64,000 bases of DNA from Malacoraja senta (lineage: Eukaryota). The notes under the pieces were generated by a model, which was not told where the DNA came from, made no database searches, and saw only the letters and a program-made list of their open reading frames with translations. This document shows positions 37,136 to 49,854 of this stretch, piece after piece (the stretch's first letter is position 1; each line of letters starts with the position of its first letter). A program made the translations under genes and the position numbers. The stretch is taken from positions 1 through 64,000 of the forward strand of contig JAXLNO010005195.1 in the NCBI GenBank assembly GCA_038087875.1. Reading direction: 5' to 3'.

Positions 37136-38772
37136 TCCGGTTTTTATGGTTTGGTTTCGTTTAGAGATACAGCCTGAAAACAGGCCTATCAAGACCACCT
37201 GACCCTTGATCACCTGCTCACACTAGTTCGTTGTTATCATACGTTCTCATCCACTCCCAACAAACCAGGAGCTTTGTAAATGTTGTGATAATACCTGCCT
37301 CATCTGGCAGCTCGTTCCACATACAATAGACAATCGACAATAGGTGCAGGAGTAGGCCCTTCGGCCCAACTTGTCCATACCGGCCAACATGTCCCAGCTA
37401 CACTAGACAATAGACAACAGACAATAGGTGCAGGATCAGCCATGTGATCCTGGCTGATCATCCCCAATCAGTACCGCGTTCCTGCCTTCTCCCCATATCC
37501 CTTGACTCCACTATCTTTAAGAGCCCTATCTCGCTCTCTCTTGAATCTATCCAGAGAACCAGCCTCCATCGCCCTCTGCCTCAGAGGGCGGGTCTCTGAA
37601 TACTTTCAAGATAGCTTGCTAGTTTAAGAATAAGGGGTAAGCCATTTAGAACGGAGATGAGGAAACGCTTTTTCACCCAGGGAGTTGTGAGTCTGTGGAA
37701 TTCTCTGCCTCAAATTCAAGTGTGAAAAAGTGTTTTCTCATCTCCGTTCTGAATGGCTTACCCTTTATTCTTAAACTGTGGCCCCATGGTTCTGGACTCC
37801 CCCAACATCGGAAACATGTTTCCTACCTCTCGCGTGTCCAAACCCTTAATAATCTTACATGTTTCAATAAGATCCCCTCTCAACCTTCTAAATCCCAGAG
37901 TATACAAGCCCATCCGCTCCATTCTCTCAGCCTACCACCCTCTGTCTGAAAAAGTTACTTCTCGGGTTCCTATTAAATCTTCCCCCTTCCCACCCTTCCT
38001 TGTTCTCCCCACTAACACCAGACAGAAGATACAGAAGCTTGAAAGGAGGGCACACGACCAAACCCATGAGCAACTTCTTCCCCTCTGTTGTCAGGCTTCT
38101 GAACGGTCGTTCCATAAAGCTGTGGCACTTTCCGATTCACCTCTACCCCATAGATGCTGCCTCACCCGTTGAGTTTCTCCAGCATTTTTGTCTTCCTACA
38201 ATTTTCCAGCATCTGCAGTTCTTTCTTAAACATTTTGTTTCCGTAACAAAAAGGGGGATCTTGTAGAAACATATAAAATCATAAAAGGACTGGACAAGCT
38301 AGATGCAGGAAAATGTTCCCAATGTTCGGCGAGTCCAGAACCATGGGCCACAGTCTTAGAATAAAGGGGAGGCCATTTAAGACTGAGGCGAGAAAAAACT
38401 TTTTCACCCAGAGAGTTGTGAATTTGTGGAATTCCCTGCCAGTTTGCCTTGTTTTCCACATTGAGAACTTTAAACCAACCTTCCCACCCCTCCCTTCCCC
38501 CAAAACACATCCTCACCCTCCCATTTCACAGATCCACCCGAATCATCACACCAGTTGGGACCTGAAGTGAGTGACGTCATAGCCTTAAAATGAGTTTACA
38601 CCCTATTTTCTGCACTTCTATCTAATGGAACCACCAAGTGCGTGCATGCAGTTAATCACCACTCATTGTATGCAACCAGTCTATTGAATGATGACATAGC
38701 AATAGGAATTCAGAGAAACTTGAACAATAGCAGGCGATCTTAATCCAAGCCACACCTCAATTAATTAGGAAA

Positions 38773-40680
38773 GGGAAAATAGATTATGAAAGAAAACTGG
38801 CAGGGAACATCAAAACTGACTGCAAAAGTTTTTATAGATATGTGAAGAGAAAAAGATTAGTTAAAACAAATGTAGGTCCCTTGTAGTCAGAAACAGGTGA
38901 ATTGATCATGGGGAACAAGGACATGACAGACCAATTGAATAACTACTTTGGTTCTGTCTTCACTGAGGAAGACATAAATAATCTGTCGGAAATAGCAGGG
39001 GACCGGGGGTCAAGTGAGATGGAGGAACTGAGTGAAATCCAGGTTAGCCGGGAAGTGGTGTTAGGTAAATTGAATGGAGTAAAGGCCGATAAATCCCCAG
39101 GGCCAGATAAGCTGCATCCCAGAGTACTTAAGGTAGTAGCCCCAGAAATAGTGGATACATTAGTGATAATTTTTCAAAACTCTTTAGATTCTGGAGTAGT
39201 TCCTGAGGATTGGAGGGTAGCTAATGTAACCCCACTTTTTAAAAAGGGAGGGAGAGAGAAAACGGGGAATTACAGACCAGTTAGTCTAATATCGGTAGTG
39301 GGGAAACTGCTAGTGCGTTATTAAAGATGGGATAGCAGCACATTTGGAAAGTGATGAAATCATTGGACAAAGTCAGCATGGATTTATAAAAGGTAAATCA
39401 TGTCTAACGAATCTTATAGAATTTTTCGACGATGTAACTAGTAGAGTGGATAAGGGAGAACCAGTGGATGTGTTATATCTGGACTTTCAGAAGGCTTTCG
39501 AAAAGGTCCCACATAAGAGATTAGTATACAAACTTAAAGCACATGGTATTGGGGGTTCAGTATTGATGTGGATAGAGAACTGGCTGGCAGACAGGAAGCA
39601 AAGAGTAGGATTAAACGGGTCCGTTTCAGAATGGCAGGCAGTGACTAGTGGGGTACCGCAAGGCTCAGTGCTGGGACCCCAGCTATTTACAATATATTAA
39701 TGAATTGGACAAGGGAATTGAATGCAACATCTCCAAGTTTGCGGATAACACGAAACTGGGGGGGGGGGGCAGTGTTAGCTGTGAGGAGGATGCTAGGCGG
39801 CTGCAAGGTGACTTGGATAGGTTGGATGAGTGGGCAAATGCATGGCAGATGCAGTATAATGTGGATACATGTGAGGTTATCCACTTTGGTGGCAAAAACA
39901 GGAAAGTAGACTATTATCTGAATGTTGGCCGATTAGGAAAATGGGAGATGCAACGACACCTGGGTATCATGGTACATCAGTCATTGAAAGTAGGCATGCA
40001 GCTGCAGCAGGCAGTGAAGAAAACAAATGGTATGTTAGCATTCGTAGCAAAAGGATTTGAGTATAGGAGCAGGAAGTTCTACTGCAGTTGTACAGGGTCT
40101 TGGTGAGACCACCCCTGGAGTATTGCGTACAGTTTTGGTCTCCAAATCTGAGGAAAGACATTCTTGCCACATAGGGAGTACAGAGAAGGTTCACCAGATT
40201 GATTGCTGGGATGTCAGGACTTTCATATGAAGAAAGACTGGATAGACTTGGCTTGTACTCGCTAGAATTTAGAAGATTGAGAGGGAATCTTATAGAAACT
40301 TACAAAATTCTTAAGGGGTTGGACAGACTAGATGCAGGAAGATTGTTCCCGATGTTGGGGAAGTCCAGAACAAGGGGTCACAGTTTAAGGATAAGTGGGA
40401 AATATTTTAGGACCGAGATGAGAAAAACATTTTTCACACAGAGAGTGGTGAATCTCTGGAACTCTCTGCCACAGAAGGTAGTTGAGGCCAGTTCATAGAC
40501 TATATTTAAGAGGGAGTTAGATGTGGCCCTTGTGGCTAAAGGGATCAGCGGGTATGGAGAGAAGGCAGGTACAGGATACTGAGTTGGATGATCAGCCATG
40601 ATCATATTGAATGGCGGTGCAGTCTCGAAGGGCCGAATGGCCTTCTCCTGCGCCTATTTTCTATGTTTCCATGTTTCTAT
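38773..40680 (+). mobile_element. 5'-truncated CR1 LINE (RT region and 3' tail)
   Basis: KSPGPDKLHP, GNYRPVSL, SGVPQGSVLGP, SKFADNTK; frameshifted. Confidence 0.93.
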
Positions 40681-41319
40681 ACTGAAATCCCCTTGTTATG
40701 AAGGTCAACATTCCATTAGCTTTCTTCACTGCCTGCTGGACCTGCACGCCAACTTTCAGTGACCGGTGTACAAGGACACCCAGGTCTCTCTGTACCTCCC
40801 CCTTACCTAACCTAATGTTGATAATTAGTGAACATGAACTGAAGCTGAGAATGGAAGTAAATTGCGACAAGCAATGGGGTTAAACAGGCAACGTTATTCC
40901 CTTCATCCTCTATCTGTACACTGTGGGCGCCGTGATTTTCATAATGTATAGTCTTTTGCTGACTGCACAACACGGAACAAGACACTTTTCACTCTACCTA
41001 GGTATACGTGACAATAAGCTAAAGTAAACGAAACCACGATCAGTACAGGGACTGATCACGACTTCTCAGAGGAGATGAACTACAGTCACACAGCACGGAA
41101 ACAGGCCCTTCGGCCCAACTCGCCCATTCCGACCACAATGCTCCATCTAACAGTTTGATTTGCCTCATTTAGTTCGATCCTAACCACGGGTGCTGTCTGT
41201 ATGGAGTTTGCACGTTCACCCACGTTCGTTGGGTGCTCCCTGTCCGTGGATTGTCACCCTGTCCGTGGATTGTCACCTTGTTGTGGTAGTGCATCACTGA
41301 ACACTGGACAATTTTTATA

Positions 41320-41547
41320 CTGGACAATTTTTACATTTTTATCAAGCCAACTAATCAAGCCAATTAACCTACAAACCTGCACGTCTTTGGAGTGTGGGGG
41401 GAAACCGAAGATCTCGGAGAAAACCGACGCAGATCACGGGGAGAACGTACAAACTCCATACAGACAGCACCCGTAGTCGGGATCGAACCGGGGTCTCCAG
41501 CGCTGCATTCGCTGTGAGGCAGCAACTCTACCGCTGCGCTAACCGTG
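41320..41547 (-). mobile_element. HE1-like tRNA-derived SINE
   Basis: A-box-like ttagcgcagcgg and B box ggttcgatccc (41479-41489). Other copies near 150-330, 43440-43497, 44100-44270, 56010-56245. Confidence 0.85.
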
Positions 41548-41799
41548 GATGCCCTTGCCCTTGCCCGTGATTTCCTCCCACATTCCAAAGACATGTAGGC
41601 TTGTGGGTTAATTGGCTTCTGTAACAAAAATGTCCCGACTGTGTAGGACAGAACCAAATTGTTGTTCGGCACGGACTCGGTGGACCGAAGGGCCTGTGAG
41701 TGAGATTGGGAGTGGGTTCCTGTACAAACCCACCCTCCCGGAAGAATGTTAGAGGTAGCGTGAGGCCTGTGTCCACCCTGTTTCTACAAGTGAAGTAGG

Positions 41800-42285
41800 T
41801 TCACCAGGTTAATTCCCGGGATGGTGGGACTGTCATATGCTGAGAGAATGGAGCGGCTGGGCTTGTACACTCTGGAGTTTAGAAGGATGAGAGGCTATCT
41901 CATTGAAACATATAAGATTATTAAGGGCTTGGACACACTAGAGGCAGGAAACATGCTCCCGATGTTGGGGGAGTCCAGAACCAAGGGCCACAGTTTAAGA
42001 ATAAGGGGTAAGCCATTTAGAACGGAGACGAGGAAACACTTTTTCACCCAGAGAGTTGTGAGTCTGTGGAATCCTCTGCCTCAGAGAGCGGTGGAGGCCG
42101 TTTCTCTGGATACTTTCAAGAGAGAGCTAGATAGGGCTCCTAAAGATAGCGGAGACATGGGGATATGGGGAGAAGGCAGGAACGGGGTACTGATTGGGGA
42201 TGATAGGCCATGATCATATTGAATGGCGGTGCTGGCTCGAAGGGCCAAATGGCCTACTCCTGCACCTATTGTCTATTGAATAAAG
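41800..42285 (+). mobile_element. CR1 3' fragment
   Basis: ORF 41821-42213. Confidence 0.88.
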
Positions 42286-43228
42286 TAAAGTAAAAGGTTT
42301 GAGATTGATTCGGGATGTGCCGTATTCGGGTCCCACGCTACCTTTAACTTTCATTCTGGAGGGTGGGTTCCTACAGGAATCCCCACCACCCAATCTTACT
42401 CACACCCTGGGACATGCAAAGCAAGGTGTGTGCGGAGGGAGGGGTGAGGTGGGGCAAAGGCCAGAAAATACAGTACTCCCACACTAGCCGCAGGCAAGCG
42501 CTTAGTGTACATGTTACTCATTGGAGTCACCATGGAAACCCATGTCCCCGCCCAGCTCCCGTTAACCCTTAGGTTTCCACAGAGAAATACAGTGCAATAG
42601 GTACTTCAGTTGCAGAAACAAAGAACTGCAGATGCTGCTGGTTTATACCGAACATAGACACAAAGTTAGACACAGAATGCTGGAGTAACTCAGCGGGACG
42701 GGCAGCGTCTCTGAAGAGAAGGAATGGGTGACGTTTCGGGTTGAGACCCTTCTTCGTACCCGTAACGTCACCCATTCCTTCTCTCCAGACATGCTGCCTG
42801 TCCTGCTGAGTTACTCCAGCACTTTGAGTCTGTCTGTGGTGCAAACCGGCATCTGCAGTTCCTTCCCACTCATAAACACAAGCAACGCCTGGTTCAATCC
42901 TTACCTCTGGTGCTGTCTGCGTGGTGTTTGCACGTTCTCCCTGTCATCATGTTGGCATCCCCCCCCCCCCCTTGGATGTTCAGGTCTCCCTCCCCCTGCT
43001 TCACAAAGGCGGGCGTAGAAACAAGGGACTGCAAATGCTGGTTAACGTAAAAAGAGACAAAGTGCTGGAGTAACAGCAGGCCAGGCAGCATCTCTGGTTA
43101 ACTGACGTTTTGGGCAAGTGACAGGTGGGTACAGGAGAGGGGGCGGGGGGGGGGGCATTAACAGGTGGACACAAGTGCTGGAGAAACTCAGCGGGTGCAG
43201 CAGCATCTATGGAGCGAAGGAAATAGGC

Positions 43229-43256
43229 AACGTTTCGGGCCGAAACCCTTCATCAG
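43229..43256 (-). ncRNA. Minimal hammerhead ribozyme motif with canonical CUGAUGA core
   Basis: CUGAUGA-A-GGGU(UUCG)GCCC-GAAAC-GUU, inside a perfect 73-bp inverted repeat (43173-43245 / 43259-43331). Confidence 0.7.
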
Positions 43257-43494
43257 ACTTTCGGCCCGAAACGTTGCCTATTTCCTTCGCTCCATAGATG
43301 CTGCTGCACCCGCTGAGTTTCTCCAGCACTTTTGTCTACCTTCGATTTTCCAGCATCTGCAGTTCCTTCTTAAAAAAATAATTAACAGGTGTATGGGCAA
43401 AAGTAGATCGAAAAAGAAAACAGGGTATCAGTTTCGGGCGGCACAGTGGCACAGCGGTAGAGTTGCTGCCTCACAGCGCCAGAGACCCTGGTTC

Positions 43495-44100
43495 AATAGA
43501 CAATAGGTGCAGGAGTAGGCCATTCTGCCCATCGAGTCAGCACCGCCATTCAATGTGATCATGGCTGATCATCCACAATCAGTACCCCGTTCCTGCCTTC
43601 TCCCCATATCCCCTGACTCCGCTATGGTTAAGAGCCCTATCTAGCTCTCTCTTGAAAGTATCCAGAGAACCGGCCTCCACCGCCCTCTGAGGCAGACAAT
43701 TCCAGACTCACAACTCTCTGTGTGAAAAAGTGTTTCCTCATCTCCGTTCTAAATGGCTTACTCCTTATTCTTAAACTGTGGCCCCTGGTTCTGGACTCCC
43801 CAAACATCGGGAACATGTTTCCTGCCTCTAGCGTGTCCAAACCCTTAATAATCTTATATGTTTCAATAAGATACCCTCTCATCCTTCTAAACTCCAGAGT
43901 ATACAAGCCCAGCCGCTCCATTCTCTCAGCATATGACAGTCCCGCAAACCCGAGAAGACCCCCCCCCCCCCTCATCGTTCTAAACGCCAGTGAATACAAT
44001 CCTAGTCTTTCCTCATATGACAGTCCCGCCATCCCGGGAATTAACCTTGTAAACCTACGCTGCACTCCCTCAATAGCAAGAATGTCCTTCCTCAATCCTG
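43495..44100 (-). mobile_element. CR1 3' fragment(s)
   Basis: ORF 43637-44185; a chimera of two subfamilies. Confidence 0.85.
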
Positions 44101-44267
44101 TCTGCGGCTGCTGTCCGTGTGGAGTTTGCACGTCGTTCTTGTGACCACGTGTGTTTTCCCCGGGTGTTCCAATTTCCTGCCACATTCCAAAGACGTATAG
44201 GTTTGCAGGTTAATTGGCTTCTGTAAATTGTCCGTAGTGTGTAGGGGAGTGTTAGTGCACGGGGTAA

Positions 44268-44635
44268 TTGTCACCCTGTCCGTGGATTGTCACCTTGTCC
44301 GTGGTGGAGAAGCTTGTGTGGTCCTGAGATCCTGAGAGCGATGCCCTCTGGAGCTATGCTCCTGGTAGGGCCACCCATGGCGGTAAGGTCGAGGGGGGGG
44401 GGGGGGTCTCTGACAAAGAGCAATCCCACCAAGACCTGAACGGTGGAACAGGCGGAGGACGATGGCTGACCTTAGTGGAGCGTCACAAGGGCTGGGAAGG
44501 CGAATGAAGGCTGCAGCAGAAAAGGGTCTCCGGTCGTCTTGGACTCCATGCCACTGGATCCCGACCCAGATCTGTCAAGGTGGCTGTCTGTGCACCAGTC
44601 TCCTCACGTTAAACAAAGTCACGCACTGGCGTCCT
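44268..44635 (+). mobile_element. Short non-coding RTE-like element, copy 1
   Basis: ccttgt..gagctatgctcctggtagggccaccca..tctgacaaa resembles RTE/BovB 5' UTRs; near-identical copy at 56787-57135. Confidence 0.6.
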
Positions 44636-45359
44636 CCAACCCCGGAGACGCCCTTGCTCAGCCTTGACAGAAAGGGGACTAAGAAGATGGGGTGATAGCT
44701 GATCGGCATGGACTCGATGGGCCGAAGTGTCCGTTCTCACACTGTTTCTCTAAGGGTTAAAGTCAAATAAGTGAGATCTCAGCACACTGCTGGACTGAGT
44801 CATTGTATTTTTTTATTTCTTTATTTTACTGTACATCAGAGCAGGCAGTTTCTGCTATCAGGTCTCATCTCATGCCGACCTCACTCCCGCCATCTCCAGC
44901 CTTGCCGTTCCCAGTTCTACACAGGCTTCAAGAAGGGGGGCCTCTGGACAACATGCGCCCCGTCAAACTCGGGGTGCGAAGTGCATGTGGTGGGGGGGGG
45001 GGGGGGGGGTTGGGTGCGTAGGGCGGTTGAGGGGTGGGTTTGAATCTTGAACTCTGGACAGAGTGATACAATGAGCAGCCATTTCACAACCGAGGAATGG
45101 ACAATTGTTAGAGGGGGGTTGCATTGGGGGTTCTCTAGGGAAGGGAGAGGTACCTGTGGATACATTCGTTTTTAAAAGGAGGAGAGGCTGTGGGGAGCAC
45201 AAAATGACACAAAGGTTCTGGACTCCCCCAACATCGGGAACACGTTCCCTGCCTCTATCATGTCCAGACCCTGATTAATCTTAAGACACAAAGCCCATTT
45301 CTTGTATATCTTTCATTCATTTGTCCTCAATCTCTCTACATCACTGACTCTATCTCTTA

Positions 45360-46100
45360 ATGGACAATAGGTGCAGTAGGCCATTCGGCCCTTCGAGCCA
45401 GCACCGCCATTCAATGTGATCATGCATGATCATCCACAATCAGTACCCCGTTCCTGCCTTTTCCCCATTTCTGCTGACTCCGCTATCTTTAAGAGCCCTA
45501 TCCAGCTCTCTCTTGAAAGCATTCAGAGAACCTGCCTCCACCGCCCTCTGAGGCAGAGAATTCCACAGACTCACAACTCTCTGTGAGAAAAAGTGTTTCC
45601 TCGTCTCCGTTCTAAATGGCTTACCCCTTATTCTTAAACTGTGGCCCCTGGTTCTGGAAAACTGTGGCCCCTGGTTCTGGAAAACTGTGGCCCCTGGTTC
45701 TGGGAAACTGTGGCCCCTGGTTCTGAAAAACTGTGGCCCCTGGTTCAGGAAAACTGTCTCTATCATGTCCAGACCCTTAACAATCTTATATGTTTCAATA
45801 AGATACCCTCTCATCCTTCTAAACTCCAGAGTATACAAGCCCAGTCCCTCCATTCTCTCAGCATATGACAGTCCCGCCATCCTGGGAATTAACCTGGTGA
45901 ACCCACGCTGCACCCCAACAGCAAGAATGTCCTTCCTCAAATTTGGAGACCAAAAGTGCACACAATACTCCAGGTGTGGTGTCACTAGGGCCCTGTACAA
46001 CTGCAGAAGGACCTCTTTGCTCCTATACCCAACTCTTCTTGTTATGAAGGGCAACATGCCATTAGCTCTCTTCACTGCCTGCTGTACCTGCATGCTTACT
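45360..46100 (-). mobile_element. CR1 3' fragment containing a 23-bp x5 minisatellite (45636-45757)
   Basis: ORF 45440-46093; unit aaactgtggcccctggttctgga. Confidence 0.9.
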
Positions 46101-46351
46101 TGGTTGTGTGAAATGAGGAGGTATTCAGGAGGAATATGTGTATCGTGGGGAGTTCAAGGGGTTACTGTGGGGGGGTGAGGGTGTTATTGTGTAGAATAAG
46201 GGGTGGGGGGGGGCTATTGTGGCTTTAGCTGCACAGGCATCACAGGAACCCACAACATAAACCTGGTCTGAATCCCGCATCACTGCTGGGTTCAGTCTCC
46301 ACCTTGTCGAGGACACAAATTTCCCTTTGTCAAACCACCTCCCACAGTACC

Positions 46352-46954
46352 CGGACGTGGCATCAAAGGACAAGAAACCGAAGCAAAGAAGTCAGAGCTA
46401 CATAGCCGAATGGAAGCTAAGCCGAAACAGCAAATAACCAAAAGCATACAAAGCTGAAACGCCAACTAACCAAAAGCATACGAACCCGAAAAGCCAACGA
46501 ATGGAAAGGGCGGAACGCCTAACAGCCAACTAACAGAAAGGCTGCTTCACCTAAAAGCAAACACACCGAATGGCCGCTCTGCTGAAACGCCACCTAACCG
46601 AAAGGCTGCGTCGCCTACAAACCTATTAACCGCTGTGCCGAAAAGTCAAATAACAGACATGACGTCGCCGGGCGGGGGGCGGGACTTGTCAGCAATTGTT
46701 CTGGACCCCCGCGTCCATCACTTCACTGGCCGGTGGAGACGGGAGGGTGGGGGTCATTTTCCCACACAAGCCATTATTTGACTTTTCGGCAGAGCGGCAG
46801 TCGGTTAGTTGGTTTTTAGGCATCCCGCCCTTTCGGTTCGTTGCCATTTCGGCTTCGTCTGCTTTTGGTTATTTGGCGTTTCGGCTGTGTTTCTATTCAG
46901 CTATTTGGCTTTGACTTCTTTGCTTCAGCTTCCCGTCCTTTGATGGCACGTCCG
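46352..46954. mobile_element. Foldback/MITE-like element with long imperfect TIRs made of short subrepeats
   Basis: Ends cggacgtggcatcaaaggac / gtcctttgatggcacgtccg; repeated ccgaaa..caaataac units mirrored as ttatttg..tttcgg. Confidence 0.7.
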
Positions 46955-47716
46955 CACATGCCTCCCACACCCCCTCCCCCTCCCATCGCTTGCCCGCCCC
47001 ACACTAGTCTCCCAGAACAGAGCCTTGTCCAGAAGCGATCTCTCTCTCTCTCCGAGGAAGAGGCCGGACGACGGACTTTTAAGTCCAGGTATTGTCCAGA
47101 GATTCCTGGAAAGACATCGGAGGCAACATCCCATCGAATCCCAGAAGTCGCGGCCCATTCCAGAGTTGGGGCACTCCCGCGCGGCCACAGAGTCGCACAG
47201 CAGGGAAAAAGGGCCATTCGGCCCACTGTCTGCATGCCGGCTGGCGATCAGTGGTTGTGAGAATGCCGGGGTTAAGGTGCGCAATCATCCCCTCCGGCAA
47301 CTCTTCGGCCAAGCTCCAAGTCCCATGTTGGCCTTGTCCGTTGTCCCTACAGAAAACCAGAGAGGAGGCAATCCGACTGGCCGTCCGCGCGTCCAAACCA
47401 ATAGCTTCCCCGCGAGTCCACAATAAATAAACCGTCCCTTGGGCCCATCGCCTTCGTCTGCTCCTTGGATAGTTGGTGGAAAGGAGCATATCCAGGAGGG
47501 AGGAGATGCAGAGAAGACCCCCTGCCCCTTGTCCTGGGTCAGTTTCTCCCTTCAGGTCGGCAAGTGCAAAATTAGAGAGGGGGGTGGGGGGGGGAAGATA
47601 GTCCATGATCCGGGATGTGGAGGGTTTGCCATGCAGAAGGATGGAGGGGTTGGAGGGCGATAGTGTCGGGGGACAAGTCCCCGAGCCCCCCCCCGGCCGG
47701 TGAAGGGGGCCCCCGC

Positions 47717-47902
47717 CTACGCCAGGCCGTTGAGCTGCTTGGCGCCGGCCAACTTGCGGTAGAATTCGGAGCGCAGGAAGCGGGGGTAGGAGTCCGTCTC
47801 CATCAGGCTGAAGATCCGCTTCTGCGCCAGGTCGAAGGTGGAGCGGGTGGGGGCCAGCAGGCCGCCCGACGTCGCTTCCCGCGTGCGGGAGTCGAGGTTG
47901 AC
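47717..47902 (-). CDS. R4-family regulator of G-protein signalling (RGS3/RGS8-like), last coding exon
   Basis: Acceptor caccag|GTC; [40 protein letters not shown]. Confidence 0.92.
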   Translation of the reverse strand, partial: VNLDSRTREATSGGLLAPTRSTFDLAQKRIFSLMETDSYPRFLRSEFYRKLAGAKQLNGLA

Positions 47903-48169
47903 CTGGTGACGGGGCGAGAGGTGGAGAGGGTCAGCCTCACAGGAACAAAAAAAACTCCATAGACAATAGACAATAGATGGTAGACAAAAGTGCTGGAGAA
48001 ACTCAGCAGGAGTGTCAGCATCTATGGAGCGAAGGAAATAGGCAAGGTTTCGGCCCGAAACGTTGCCTAGTTCCTTCGATTCATAGATGCTGCCGCACCC
48101 GCTGAGTTTCTCCAGCACTTTTGTCTACCTTCGATTTTCCAGCATCTGCAGTTCCTTCATGAACATACA

Positions 48170-48670
48170 CAATAGACAATAGGTGCAGGAATAGGCCATT
48201 CGGCCCTTCGAGCCAGCACCGTCATTCAATGTGATCATGGCTGATCATCCCCAATCAGTACCCTGATCCTGCCTTCTCCCCATATCCCCCGACTCCACTA
48301 TATTTAAGAGCCCTATCTAGCACTCTCTTGAAAGTATCCAGAGAACTGGCCTCCACCGCCCTCTGAGGCAGAGAATTCCACAGACTTACAACTCTCTGCG
48401 AGAACAAGTGTTTCCTCGTCTCGTTCTAAATGGCTTACCCCTTATTCTTAAACTGTGGCCCCTGGTTCTGGACTCCCCCCACATCGGGAACATGTTTCCT
48501 GCCTCTAACGTGTCCAAACCCTTAATAATCTTATATGTTTCAATAAGATCTCCTCTCATCCTTCTAAACTCCAGAGTGTACAAGCCCAGCCGCTCCATTC
48601 TATCAGCATATGACGGTCCTGCCATCCCGGGAATTAACCTTGCAAACCTATGGTGCACTCCCTCAGTAGC
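48170..48670 (-). mobile_element. CR1 3' fragment in RGS intron
   Basis: ORF 48386-48658. Confidence 0.88.
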
Positions 48671-48685
48671 AAAAATAGTTGGTTG

Positions 48686-49140
48686 TCAGCTGCTCTACAT
48701 CGGTGAGACCAAGCGTAGGCTTGGTGGTCGTTTCGCCCAACACCTCCGCTCGGTTTGCAATAACCTACCTGATCTCCCGGTGGCTCAGCACTCCAACTCC
48801 CCCTCCCATTCCCAATCCGACCTTTCTGTCCTGGGCCTCCTCCATTGTCAGAGTGAGTCCCACCGCAAATTGGAGGAGCAGCAGCTCGTATTTCGCTTGG
48901 GTAGTTTGCACCCCAGCGGTATGAATATTGACTTCTCCAATTTCTGGTAGTCCCTTGCTTTCTCATTCCTTCCCCTCCCCTTCCCAGCTCTCCCACAGCC
49001 CACTGTCTCCGCCTCTTCCTTTCTTCTTCTCACCCCCCCATCAGTCTGAAGAAAGGTCTCATCCCGAAACGTCACCTACTCCTTCGCTCCACAGATGCTG
49101 CCTCACCCGCTGAGTTTCTCCAGCATTTTTTTCTACCTTA
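48686..49140 (+). mobile_element. Penelope-like GIY-YIG fragment and pLTR
   Basis: CQLLYIGETKRRLGGRFAQH..KLEEQQLVFRLG..GMNIDFSNFW. Confidence 0.88.
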
Positions 49141-49854
49141 GAAAATAGTTGGAGTAGGCCATTCAGCCCTTCAAGTCAGCGCTGCCATTCAATATGATCA
49201 TTGCTAATCAACCAAAATCAGTACCCCATTCCTGCTTTTTCCCCCGTATACCTTGATTCTATTAGCCCAAAGAGCTAAATCTAACTCTCCCTTGAAAACA
49301 TTCAGTGAATTGGCCTCCACTGCCTTTTGTAGCAGAGAATTTTACAGATTCACAACTCTTTGGGTGAAATCCACAGATTCGCAACTCTCTGGGGAAAAAC
49401 ATTACCCCCTTACCCTTCCATTCTCCGCATGTCTAAAATCGCAGGAAGGAACTGCAGATGCTGGTTTACACCGAAGATATACACAAAATGCTGGAGTAAC
49501 TCAGTGGGGCAGGCAGCATCTCTGGATCGAATGAATGGGTGATATTTCGGTTTGCGACCTTTTTGAGAGCTCTTAAACGGCATATCGTTAATATCTGATG
49601 AGAGTTTTGAAAGTTCATATCTGATAGGAGCAGACTAGGCCATTCGGCCCATCAAGTCTACTCCACCATTTAATCATGGCTGATCTATCTTTCCCTCTCA
49701 ACCCCTTTCTCCTGCCTTCTCCCCATAACCCCTGACACCCACACTAATCAAGAATCTATCCAGCTATCTAGCTATCTAGCTATCTAGCTATCTATCTCCA
49801 CATTAAACATATCCATTTACCACCTCTACAGCCATCTGTGGCTAAGAATTCTGA

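Noticed and set aside
38572-38579. Perfect CRE TGACGTCA between PTGES and RGS
   Set aside because: A single 8-mer far from any promoter is expected by chance; no supporting context.
43440-43497. tRNA gene
   Set aside because: A/B boxes belong to the HE1-like SINE head; no cloverleaf, and it is followed by SINE or other repeat sequence.
45636-45757. CRISPR-like direct repeats
   Set aside because: Units are contiguous with no spacers, are CR1-derived, and lie in a eukaryotic genome.
46841-47663. Cluster of GC-rich ORFs (e.g. 47079-47606 minus, 175 aa)
   Set aside because: No recognisable domain or splice support; most likely RGS 3' UTR or flank.
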